From Gnetum montanum (lineage: Eukaryota; Plantae; Gnetophyta): DNA of 64,000 nucleotides. The stretch spans positions 233,947 through 297,946 of the forward strand of contig MNCI01002249.1 in the NCBI GenBank assembly GCA_015680685.1, written 5' to 3'. Positions 12,309 through 22,423 of this stretch are shown piece by piece. The notes beneath the pieces were generated by a model. That model was given only the letters and a program-made list of their open reading frames with translations. It had not been told where the DNA came from and did not search any database. Every line of letters begins with the position of its first letter. Position 1 is the stretch's first letter. Made by a program: the position numbers and the translations under genes.

Positions 12309-12810
12309 GGATTCATGATGTCTATCCTATTGTAGATCCATTTGACATTCTACCTCCGTGGGTTGATACTCTCTCAAGTCATGATCATGCATAATGTACT
12401 CTGCCTGTAAGTGCTGCATACCAATTCATGTGAGATCACGAAGAAGCATGTCCAGAACTGAGCGATCGGGAGGTAACACTATGTTACCTTCTAAATCACG
12501 CCAATGTAGTTGTTCATCCTGGTGGAGGATAAAGGTAAAGTTTGGTACATGTTCATTGGGATGAACATATACCACATGGAACTATTGAGGGACTGGCGGA
12601 TTATCGTCATGTGCACTATGCCTTTGATTGTTCCCTGTATCAGACCTAGGCAGTGAAACACTCTCATACGAAGAAGGAGACATAATTGTCTATTCAATGT
12701 GCAATATATTATTATATATTATTATTATTATTTTATGTAACCAACCCTAAGGGTTCGTTCCAACGATGGGAAAGATTTCCTAAGCTTGAATTAGCGCACA
12801 AACAACAAAG

Positions 12811-12828
12811 TCCCTAACAACGGTGCCA
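12811..12828 (-). promoter_or_regulatory. Primer-binding site (tRNA-Asp type)
   Basis: TGGCACCGTTGTTAGGGA, 1 nt from the LTR end; resembles the Athila PBS TGGCGCCGTTGCCGGGGA. Confidence 0.8.
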
Positions 12829-12829
12829 A

Positions 12830-13318
12830 TGATGAGCGATGAGGTATCCCTACATTCAACCATACGAATACGAGCATACATGCATGATCCGATTAAATTC
12901 CAAGGACTAAGTGCTTATGTGCCTTTGTGAAACAAGGATAGGTTGATCAATCGTTGTCTTCGCAAGCTTACTTGTATGGCATGATTGTATGGGTAAGTAA
13001 ACTTGAGGTACATGATTTTTATGGCTTTTATATTTTTATGTCCTTATGCTACAAAGGGAGGAGAGAGATAACTAAGTAACTAATTTAATTTAACTACTCA
13101 AATATGTTTTAACCAATCCTAACACTAGCATCCGTTCTCACTTGCCGTACACATCCTGAACTAGTGCAACACTACTGGGATTACCAAACACTAATCGTTA
13201 CTAGGTTACCAAGCATTACACGCATGCTTGAAGTGGTTGTACTGAGTGTGCTTACTTAGGAGAGTTGTATGGTAAGAGAGAGAACATTAATTAACTAAGG
13301 AAAGCATTAAGTAATAGT
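12830..13318 (-). repeat. 5' LTR of the Athila-like element (U3 end missing)
   Basis: Matches 503-990; identity stops abruptly where LINE RT sequence begins. Confidence 0.9.
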
Positions 13319-16300
13319 CCATTCTATGCATTATGCACCTGAAGGGGTTTGATCAGCAGTTCATCCAGTTATGCATTCACATGCAGTCCTTAACCGGTTT
13401 CTCCTTTGATGTGGGAGGGTGGTTATGGGGCCTGTCATCTCCAGGTACGGGGCTGAGGCAAGGGGACCCACTCTCACTGCTCCTCTTCATCATGGCCATG
13501 GAATTAATGCAGCACTACTGCAGCACATTCGGGGTGGATGGTTTGGACATTATCAAGGTGGCATGTCGGGTCAAACACTATGCGGATGATACGATGCTAC
13601 TCAGTAGGGCGGTGGTCTCGCAGGCACGCTGCATCAACGTTGCTCTGTCCCGCCTGGCTGCTAAGTTGGGGCTGGAGATTAATCAGACAAAATCTTCAGC
13701 CCATTTCATTAATGTTGATGAACAAATTAAAAATTGGGTAGTACAAATCTTGAACATCCTGCCAGGGATGAGCAATGACACCTATCTGGGCATCCCCCTC
13801 TTCCAGTGGGGGTGAGCCATGGCATGGGGCCTGTTGGTGGAAAAAATTAAGAGAAGAGTAGGCCATTGGGCAAATCGATTCCTAAGCTGCAAAGGATGCC
13901 TTCTCATGGCAACGGGAATCCTCATGGCAATCACTCGTTTTGTGACGGCTATTTCCACCTCCCTAATGCCATCATCAAGGCAATTAACACGTTGATTTGT
14001 ACCTTCATCTGGGAGGGAGACAATGGGGGGAGCAAGATCCACTTGGTCTGTTGGGAATGGGTGGCATGCCCCTGGAATGTGGGCGGATTGGGCATCACGT
14101 CCTTCAAGGACGAACTGATGCTGAGGCAACAACGGTTGGTGCTTCAGTTTATGTGCCCGCACAGAGAAACAATCTCGTGGATCCACATCATGAATGCCAA
14201 ATATCTACGTTGGGAAATGAGGGCATGAGACTCTAGGCCTTGACAAGCGCTATGTCAGCATGCATGTGTGATGCAGGCTTGGGGATGGTGGGGCCTTGAG
14301 CTGTGTGCCCTACTGACCGTCAAATACCCCCAAATCGTCGGTTGGCAGCAAATTTGGTAGGGGCGGTTGCTCGAGAAAATTAAAATCTTTCTCTGGCTAC
14401 TCCGATGGGACGCGCTACTCGTCCGTGCCATCCTGCAACGGCATGGGATTCTGTAGCACAACACTTATCCCTAATGCGGCGCAGCAGCAGAGACGGTGCA
14501 ACACTTCGCGTATGACTATGTGTGCATGTGTGCCCACCACGTGACGTGCAACGGTGGTGCCCCCCTCCCCGATGTGTTTCACAGGCGATTCTTGGGCCAT
14601 GCTACTTTTATGGGTAGCATGGAAAGCATGGAACAACACTATTTTGTTGTAGAAATGGTGGCCCCCCCGAGGCTGGTCTTCTAGGCTCTTCACGCGTGGA
14701 AAGAAATCGAGGTGACGATGGAAATCACGCCTACATTTGAGTCGGACTGCGCTATGTTCCAGAAGGATGAAGAGCTCTGGCAGATGGTGACCCAATGTGG
14801 CTGGTCTGACCCTCTGCAACAGCTGGTTAGGGATCCAGATTTGGCAGATGACGCGTTCTTCTCCAACTGGGCTGATAACCGCATCTTTTTCTGAGGTCAT
14901 GAAATTCTGATCATAGAATCTTCAATCACCAGCTCTCTAGGCGCCCAAATCACCAGTGAGATCATCCTGCCTTTCACCCGCGGCTTGCAAGAGGCAGAAA
15001 TGTTCTTTGACGGGCCCGTACCTCAAACTAGGAGCTGATAGGTGTCCAGATCTTCCCTACCCCACCTCTGGGCTCGGGGAGCAGATCTGGTGGACAGACT
15101 TTTTGTCCAATCTAGCAATGGTTCCAAGCTACAAGGCCTACACTTTGCTTTTTTGTGCTGTCTCAACTTAGGTCGCCAGGTCAACCTCCCCCGCTTTTTT
15201 CTGGAGGCCCTCTTGCTCAAACAATGCAATCACCATTTTGGTTTAATTCTTGCCCTATGGTGGGGGGTAGAGGGGGAGCAGCACCCGTCATCCTCTACCC
15301 CCTCGAGAGGGATCTCCCCAGAGCTTTCCCCCGCGGCAAGGCCCTAGGACCCTACGATTTTGCCTGGACAGGGGAGCCGTGGGTCCCTTTGGGCTTCCAA
15401 CTTCACGTGGGGCCAGAGGATCCAACGAGAGCGGTGGCCCCCTGCTCGCCTTGATAGGCCAGTTTCCCCCCCACCAGAGACCTTTGGCCATAGGAATTGG
15501 AACGAAGAACTTCAATAGGCCATGCAGAGGGCCACAGACGAGGCGCAGGAGGCTAAGAGGAGAGAGTGGGAAGCCAAATGGCATGAAGCCCTTGCATATG
15601 CCTGGGCTGACCTAGAAGCCCAATTCTTTGAGGGAGAACAGGAGCGGGTGAGGTAGTAGGACCTCATGACTAAAGCTGCCAAGGCCCGCCTAATTGATGA
15701 AATCTGGTCCCAAGTGCGGGAAGAGTTGATTCAAGAGGATGTGGCCCAAAGACAACACAAGCAGGAGAAGCAGGAGTAGCTTCAAGTGGAGGACCAGTGA
15801 CAGCAGCAGCTCAACCAAGCTCATGAGCACAACACCCGACAATGGCTAAGAGGGGGGCAGTACCTGTACCTCATTCTTGGCATTAGCTGTGAGAGCTCCT
15901 GGGCTAAGCTTAGACGCCATATCCATCGAACCTCGACGTGCTTCCATTCGGATGCAGGCACCTCGCAGATGGACCGGAGTCGACGGGAGTTAGCCATGCA
16001 GGGTATCCAGCAGGTGGCCAGTTTCTGGGATACAAAGGACCACCAAAACACTCTGGATATCCTCCATGAGCTGGAGCACCCCAATTGCACCTGCCGATGG
16101 CTGCTGACGAACCCATAAGGGGTTTGTCGGCCTCGGGTCGTGGGGTACGCTTGCCCCCCTACCAGGCCGACGCCCCCCCCATTTTCTCTGTTGTTCTAAC
16201 TCACTCGTTGGTTGGGGGGCGACCCCACTTGTTTTCCTTGGGGGGGGGGGGGGGCTCCCCCTCTGTTTCCTTGATGGGGGGCACCCCCCATTNNNNNNNN

Positions 16301-16531
16301 NNNNNNNNNNNNNNNNNNNNNNNNNNNNNNNNNNNNNNNNNNNNNNNNNNNNNNNNNNNNNNNNNNNNNNNNNNNNNNNNNNNNNNNNNNNNNNNNNNNN
16401 NNNNNNNNNNNNNNNNNNNNNNNNNNNNNNNNNNNNNNNNNNNNNNNNNNNNATGGCCCACCATTTGTAATCTCTTGTACTATAGTTTGCGTTTCTCAGT
16501 AATATAATCCCGACTACTTTCTCAAAAAAAA
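13319..16531 (+). mobile_element. 5'-truncated GC-rich L1-type LINE; N-gap at 16293-16452
   Basis: GLRQGDPLS, HYADDTML, YLGIPL, IHLVCWEWVACPWNVGGLGI, KIKIFLWLL (zf-RVT) and WVAWKAWNN. LINE-like 3' end aatataatccc...ctcA8 at 16501-16531. Confidence 0.8.
14718..16200 (+). pseudogene. Extra ORF downstream of LINE ORF2, frameshifted, with a coiled-coil-like C-terminal part
   Basis: TGA-cg-ATG junction with the ORF2 frame. Peptides: MEITPTFESD...DAFFSNWADNRIFF*GHEILIIESSITSSLG; GRQVNLPRFFLEAL; EIWSQVREELIQEDVAQRQHKQEKQE. Confidence 0.5.
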
Positions 16532-17740
16532 CCATAAAATTTCAGAAAATCCACAAAATAGTATGTTAAAACTCAATATTTTAACCATCCACCCCACATG
16601 CCCTCATTACATGATAATATATATTAATTCAACACCAAAATACCGGGAAAATGTAAAGGCAACCCACTAATTAAAATTGTTGAAGAAGAAAGTCTAAAAT
16701 AAACATAAAACCCTAAAAAATTTGCCATACCTCTACTTTGCTTCAAACAAGTTTAGTACTTAGGTAGATATGACTGTATCAATTCTAAATCTAGGTTCAA
16801 AGCAAAGAAAAATCCATCCATGAAGCTCAAAATTTAGAAAAAGAGTGGAAAATGGAAGAAAATATAAGAACAACAAGAAAAAAAGGGTTCAACTTAGCTT
16901 CTATCTATACAAATAATTAAAAAAAAACAGAAACCTGAACTCTATAGGTAAAGGTGTGGAAGGCAATAGCAGAAAAGTACAAAGTATCCTGGAGTTGTAT
17001 GTTTTTTAAATAAAAATATAAGGCTTATGCTTTATGCATAAAAGTTATTTTTTTAATTTTTGTTAAGTAGTTTCGTTAAACACATCATGTGCAAAACTTG
17101 ATTTACTTATACTTTACTTTTTTTTTTTTAGAAAATTGTATTTTCATAAGCTTCCTCTTTTTTTTTTCTTCCTCAACTAATGCCTTATACTTTAAACTTG
17201 CATAACAAATACATCAGTATTCCAAATTAAAATGCATTGGAACCTATGAACTTCATATCAGACACTCTACACATTCACATGCTAAAATCACATTCAAACA
17301 TCATACAACATAACACTACAGTTCAAATACATAAACACCAAAATCACACATGAAGCATAAATATATACGAATAGTTGCTCTTGTACCCTAGTCCAACATC
17401 TTTGTTAGTCACATCACTTGTCTAATAAACCACATAGGGCTAGTGTACAAAATCATGTTAGTTAAGCATGTAAAGACATCATAATCATAACATAAAGATC
17501 AAAGCCTCATAACATATAAAGTGAAATCATAACAAACTAACTTATCCCCTATAACCCACCAAGACCACACACATAATGTGTAAATCATAATCATATGGCC
17601 ATGCCCAATGTCTCCAAAAGGGATGTAACATCCACATTCTAGTTTAGCACCCATTAAGATGTCATGAGATTCATAAGACATGAGAAATCAATGGAGTTTC
17701 AAATTAAATATAAGCAAAAATATTAAAATTTTGGCTACTG
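16532..17740 (-). repeat. Fragment of a Tekay-like LTR, inverted homolog of about 44300-45340
   Basis: The reverse complement aligns with 45040-45340, e.g. ccccacatgccctcattacatgataatatat versus atatatgatcatgttacatgggaatgtgggg. Confidence 0.6.
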
Positions 17741-18051
17741 ATGTCATAACTATGATATCATGGGGTCTATGATATCGTAGCTATGGTGGTGGTGGTATGA
17801 ACGTTACTTGGCATGCTGTATATGAATCAATCTATTTAAGCATGTGTGTACGTTATTTGGATTCTGCTGACGCAGTTGCAAAGTTGGAAGTGCTTGCCAT
17901 GACGTAAGAATTTTTGCAGGGTTGCACACCCATTTAATGTAGCGTGAGCAAGCTGGGCTTGAGCAAGCTCAGCTTGAGTTTGGCTCCTGGTCTGCGCAAC
18001 GTTTAGAAGATAGCATGACCAGCGTTTTGACAGGATGGTAGACAAGTTTGG

Positions 18052-18068
18052 CCCTCCTTCTAGCGCCA
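18052..18068 (-). promoter_or_regulatory. Second, ectopic PBS outside the 3' LTR
   Basis: TGGCGCTAGAAGGAGGG. The segment 17783-18074 duplicates 26359-26648. Confidence 0.85.
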
Positions 18069-18074
18069 ATTTCC

Positions 18075-19808
18075 TGTGCTGACCGAAATCATCGATGTCA
18101 GGCTGAAATGGAAAAAAAAAACGTTGAAAGATTATTGAAGAGACACAGCTGACCCTGCCTTTGTGCGCGGCCAAGCTGAAAAAGAAAACAAAGGCAAAGT
18201 GCCTTGGATGGTCTACACGCAAATCAACCAAGGACTTCCTCGAGCGTAAGCTATGGCTTGCGCTGGGGTTATCGTAACTAGTGACGTACGAAATGTAAAC
18301 AAAGCTTAAAACCGCGATTGTGTATACAGAAGCATGAAATGAATTCAAAACAGAGTAAACAATATAATGGAAGGAAAAAATGAACTATATTGTATTGCTT
18401 AGAATGAATGTGCACCGGTCAAAGTGTAGCTGCACGTGTTGATGGCAAGTCAAATGCTAAGCCCCAGGGTGATGCATTTCAAAGGTGTTTGGATGCTAGG
18501 AGTCACGTGCGCCTGAGCATCCAAAGTTGCTAGTCAATCCTTCCTAAGCCGTCAACCTTCAAAATTGCCCACCCCATTTCTGTGAATGGACAGGGTTTTT
18601 ATAAGGTTTGGCTAGGCTTAGGTGCGGAATTCATGGATAAGATCAATGGCTGAGAAATGGTAGGGGAACGAATCGTGTGACACATGTTTGATGGATAGTT
18701 GTGTGTGAATTGGACGTGCATGGGAAGGCTACGTTCTTGACCAGATGCATTGTATCTTACAGTGTGTGTTGGCTTACACAAGCTAGCTTACGGCCATAGA
18801 AGCAAATACAATTTGGAGCGTAAGAGCTTGACACACTCACAAATGATGAAAATTTACAACAAAAATGATAGTATACAACAAGAGAAATTAACTCTGACTC
18901 ACTTGGAACTCCTCGATCCATGGATTGATTGCTACAAGGTGTCGATGCGAGTGGTTTTATGGCTGTTTGAGGCATCTCTATTTCACAAAAGCTTCTAGCA
19001 TGAGTTTATTTTGTCTTGGTGTGTCCTCAGCGTGTGTTTGGTGTGCTTTTGACCGGGCGTGATCAGTACTCACTCTGTACTCACACTGCCAGCATGAGTG
19101 AGATGAAAATGATGCATTTCACACTAATTTTTGATCTTTGAAGCCTATTTTTTAAGTGTAATGATTGCTTGATTGTGGTTGACCCTAAGGGTGAACTGGA
19201 TTTTAAAAACTGAGCTTGTGTGTGCCTTGATTTGAGCCACTTTTGGTAGCTCAAGTTGGACTCATGCTGTTAGCATGACTTTAGCATGAACTCAGCGTGA
19301 GTAACAAAATTTTGTGATTTTGGACCTAAAGTCTGGAATTCTGGAGGTTGGGACTTGAAGTAGTCATCAATGAACCTTGAGGATGACTTGCACCTTCGAA
19401 GTTAGACCATTTTGACCTAGTTTTAAGGCTCTTAGAGTTGCTCACACTATATGTGATCAACATACATGCTGTACTTATGCTGCCAGCATGACCTCAGCTT
19501 GACAAGCTGAGTGTGAGTAAGCTAGCTTGATAAGCTGAGCATGGGCAAGCTAGCTTGACAAGCCGAGTGTGAGTAAGCTAGCTTGACAAGCTAAGCGTGG
19601 GCAAGCTAGCTTGACAAGTTGAGTGTAAGTAAGCTAGCTTGACAAGCTGAGCATGGGTAAGCTAGCTTGACAAGCTGAGCATGGGTAAGCTAGCTTGACA
19701 AGCCAAGTGTGAGTTCCATGCCTTAGTCAAATTTTTTCCTTCCAAAAGCTAAAAAGGCTCTAGGTTGTTCTTGTTTCATAGTGTTAGGCCAAAATTAGTG
19801 GTGTTTCA
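18075..19808 (-). repeat. 3' LTR of the Tat/Ogre-like element (1734 bp)
   Basis: TG...CA termini; collinear with 26649-28336; contains 8 copies of a 28-bp unit at 19497-19715. Confidence 0.9.
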
Positions 19809-20972
19809 TTGGTTCCTCTTTGTTGACGTCTGGAGGAATCCACTCAAGAGGCGTCGACAAAGAAGTACAAAACACCACGACCAACCAAGTACCAAGCATT
19901 GTCCATCAGCCCCTGGTTGGACGTCATCGCATCGTGTTCAAAAGTACATGGGATTGGGGAAATGCAGTTCAAGATGTAAGGAGATTGATTGTAACCCAGG
20001 GGAGTCAAGAGTTGATCAAGGGTTATAATTGCTGCTAGAATTATGGGAGAGGAATACTCTCACATGAATGAGCCATATTTTTGATCCTTGTCAATAGCCA
20101 GTGTTTAGCAGACTCGGAAGCAAGACATAGGAAGTGCGTTCTTTGGAGAAACGGGACTCTTGTAGAGTGTTTATGGGAGCCCGTTGTAAATAGCCAAAGC
20201 CACGCAATGATGTGCAACATGATCATTTGAGACACGAGTGTAACTATTTTTCCAAGACAATTGCCTTCCCGCCTAGGACTTGTATGAGAAGAACCAATGG
20301 TCTTTGGTCTATGATGTCAACGGGGTCATGCAGACCTTTTTCATGCATTTTGCTCTTTGATCCTTTTGTTCTTTTTATTTTTGTTTGTTTTTTTTTCTGT
20401 TCTTTTTGAAAGAGCTTGCTTTCGGTGCTGTACTCGTGCTCATGCGCTTACATTTGTATCATGTACCATGTACTGTGTTTTGCATTGCAACTGCTTAGAG
20501 AATCACAGTGTGAAATAGTGTATCAAGAGCTTTGGGATGAGTAGAATGTATCAAGGAGGTATAATTGAATAGCATAAGGGGAACATGATGGGGAATAGGG
20601 AATGTATCAGGAGTCAGGAATGTACTTGTGAATGGATTGATTAACCTAGTTGCGTGCATCAGAAAGAATGTGATACCTTGTCGTTGTGATGAAGTGCATC
20701 TGTGCGCGAACGCCTTATGCGTATCATCCTATAAACACAACTCCAAGAAGACAAGAAATACCACAAATGATTTGGTTAACTAAGCACTTTAAAATTGAAT
20801 ACAACAAAGGAGATGGAGCCACCATGTGCAATTTCAAAGCAGATAGAATCATGAATAGCATCAGCTTCTTCAGGGTCCATGAGACAAATTATGCAGCAAG
20901 TTTTTGTGGAACACGTACAACCAATAGCAGCAACATATCTTTTCAAGTATTGCCTAGTCATCAATGATGTCA

Positions 20973-21300
20973 CCAGTTTATAGTCTTAGCGGACTGTTGT
21001 GGGTTAGTTTCATGTCATAACCCTTTGGATGGTGCCAGTTTAGCATCGTAGCAGAGGGTGCAATGCTAGTTTATAGTCATAGCGGATTGTGAAGAGGCAA
21101 ACCAGTTTATAGTCTTAGTGGACTCTACATGCTAATTTTATGTCATGGTGGACAAATGTGGTAGTTTAGTGTCATACCGGCTAGAGCTTTGTGGTGTCAG
21201 TTTATTGTCATGACTCCAGGACACTCTATGGTTCCAGTTTCAAGTGATAACCCCAGGACCGTTCTATGGTATCAGTTTTAGGTCGTGATGCCAGGACCAT
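20973..21300. repeat. Array of about 10 units (30-38 bp): conserved YAGTTT-N3-4-RTCNT core plus variable spacers
   Basis: ccagtttatagtctt, tagtttcatgtcat, ccagtttagcatcgt, ctagtttatagtcat, ccagtttatagtctt, ... tcagttttaggtcgt. Confidence 0.75.
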
Positions 21301-21317
21301 TATGTACCTCAAGTTGA

Positions 21318-21440
21318 TCAGACATAGTACCGTTTCAGGTACAGGTGATTTGTGGGATTAGTGAACTCGTTCCCGTCCATGTTAGCAAGTTTGAATGCTC
21401 CGTTATTGTACACCTTGGTGACCAAGTAAGACCCTTCTTT
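21318..21440 (-). pseudogene. Integrase C-terminal remnant (GPY/F region)
   Basis: EGSYLVTKVYNNGAFKLANMDGNEFTNPTNHLYLKRYYV*, a Tat/Ogre-type pol terminus. Confidence 0.75.
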
Positions 21441-22146
21441 GCCTATGAGTGTTTTATTATGGCGCTTACTTTTGTATGGTTTTATTGTTTTTATTGTTAG
21501 TGTTACTATTTTTCTAGGTTTTGTANTATCATTAACATGTCCCTGTAACAGAACAAAAAACAAAAAAACAAGTAAGAGTAATAAAGAAACTCATGAATAC
21601 AAAACCTAGAAAAATAGTAACACTAACAATAAAAACAATAAAACCATACAAAAGTAAGCGCCATAATAAAACACTCATAGGCAAAGAAGGGTCTTACTTG
21701 GTCACCAAGGTGTACAATAACGGAGCATTCAAACTTGCTAACATGNACCCCTCCTAGTACTGATGCATGAGCTTAACTGTTAGTATGGTTTTAGCTATTA
21801 AATGTTTTGGATTTTCAAATGCCTAATGGGAATGTATGAGGATAGATGTAATGAAATGGATTTAATTGTGGCATAAAGTGGTGGCATTCTATTGCCATGT
21901 TGACGTTCAATATTTTTTTCTTCTTTTTCTCTTTTTTGTTATTTTTATTATTTTCTCAAGTATATCGTGAACATATGCATGTAGCTGAATGTAAAATAAG
22001 ATTCCAAAATGTAGAGAAAAACGTAAAGAAAATATTTGTAAAAGAAAAGTAACGAGAATGCATGAATCGAAATTGCAACTTGTAACATGTAAACAACAAT
22101 TTGACATAATGTAGCGAATGTTTGTAGACTTGCAACATACTGAACT

Positions 22147-22405
22147 CTAGTTTAAGGCCATTTCGGGCCGTGCACATCAATTTAAAGTCATGGTGGACTG
22201 TTGCATCTGTGTTGAAAAAGAAAGAGGGATTACTAGTTTTAGGCCGTAGTGGGCTGAAAGCGATAACAGTTTTAGGAAACCCAAAAGGGACTGGCCATTT
22301 CTGACCATGGCTAGTTTAACATCATTGCAGATGTTCATTGGCAATTTAACGTCGTATTGGACGATTGATAGTTTAACGTCATTCTAGATGCTTGACAGTT
22401 TCGCC
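22147..22405. repeat. Second array with the same core motif and variable spacers
   Basis: ctagtttaaggccat, caatttaaagtcat, ctagttttaggccgt, ctagtttaacatcat, caatttaacgtcgt, tagtttaacgtcat. Confidence 0.65.
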
Positions 22406-22423
22406 CTAGTTATTGAGTTGCTT

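Larger units (their letters stand above)
503..13318 (-). mobile_element. Athila-like Ty3/gypsy LTR retrotransposon, decayed; 5' LTR truncated by a LINE
   Basis: Direct repeats start at 503 and 12830. A tRNA-Asp-type PBS lies next to the right LTR. Minus-strand gag, protease, RT, RNase H and integrase remnants occur in gypsy order. Confidence 0.9.

Noticed and set aside
16239-16292. G/C homopolymer runs as a G-quadruplex element
   Set aside because: Adjacent to an assembly gap, so the sequence is unreliable.
21025-21280. PBS-like TGG starts in array units (tggtgccag, tggtgtcag, tggttccag, tggtatcag)
   Set aside because: Matches are 9 nt or shorter, antisense to the element, and explainable as variants of one repeat consensus.
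20973-21300. CRISPR array
   Set aside because: Eukaryotic TE context, short degenerate cores and no cas genes. Kept only as a repeat-spacer finding.
21378-21745. Perfect 148-bp inverted repeat (21378-21525 and 21598-21745) that looks like a hairpin RNA or MITE
   Set aside because: The arms are identical in otherwise decayed DNA, and the segment is bounded by single Ns (21526, 21746). It is most likely a flipped overlapping contig.
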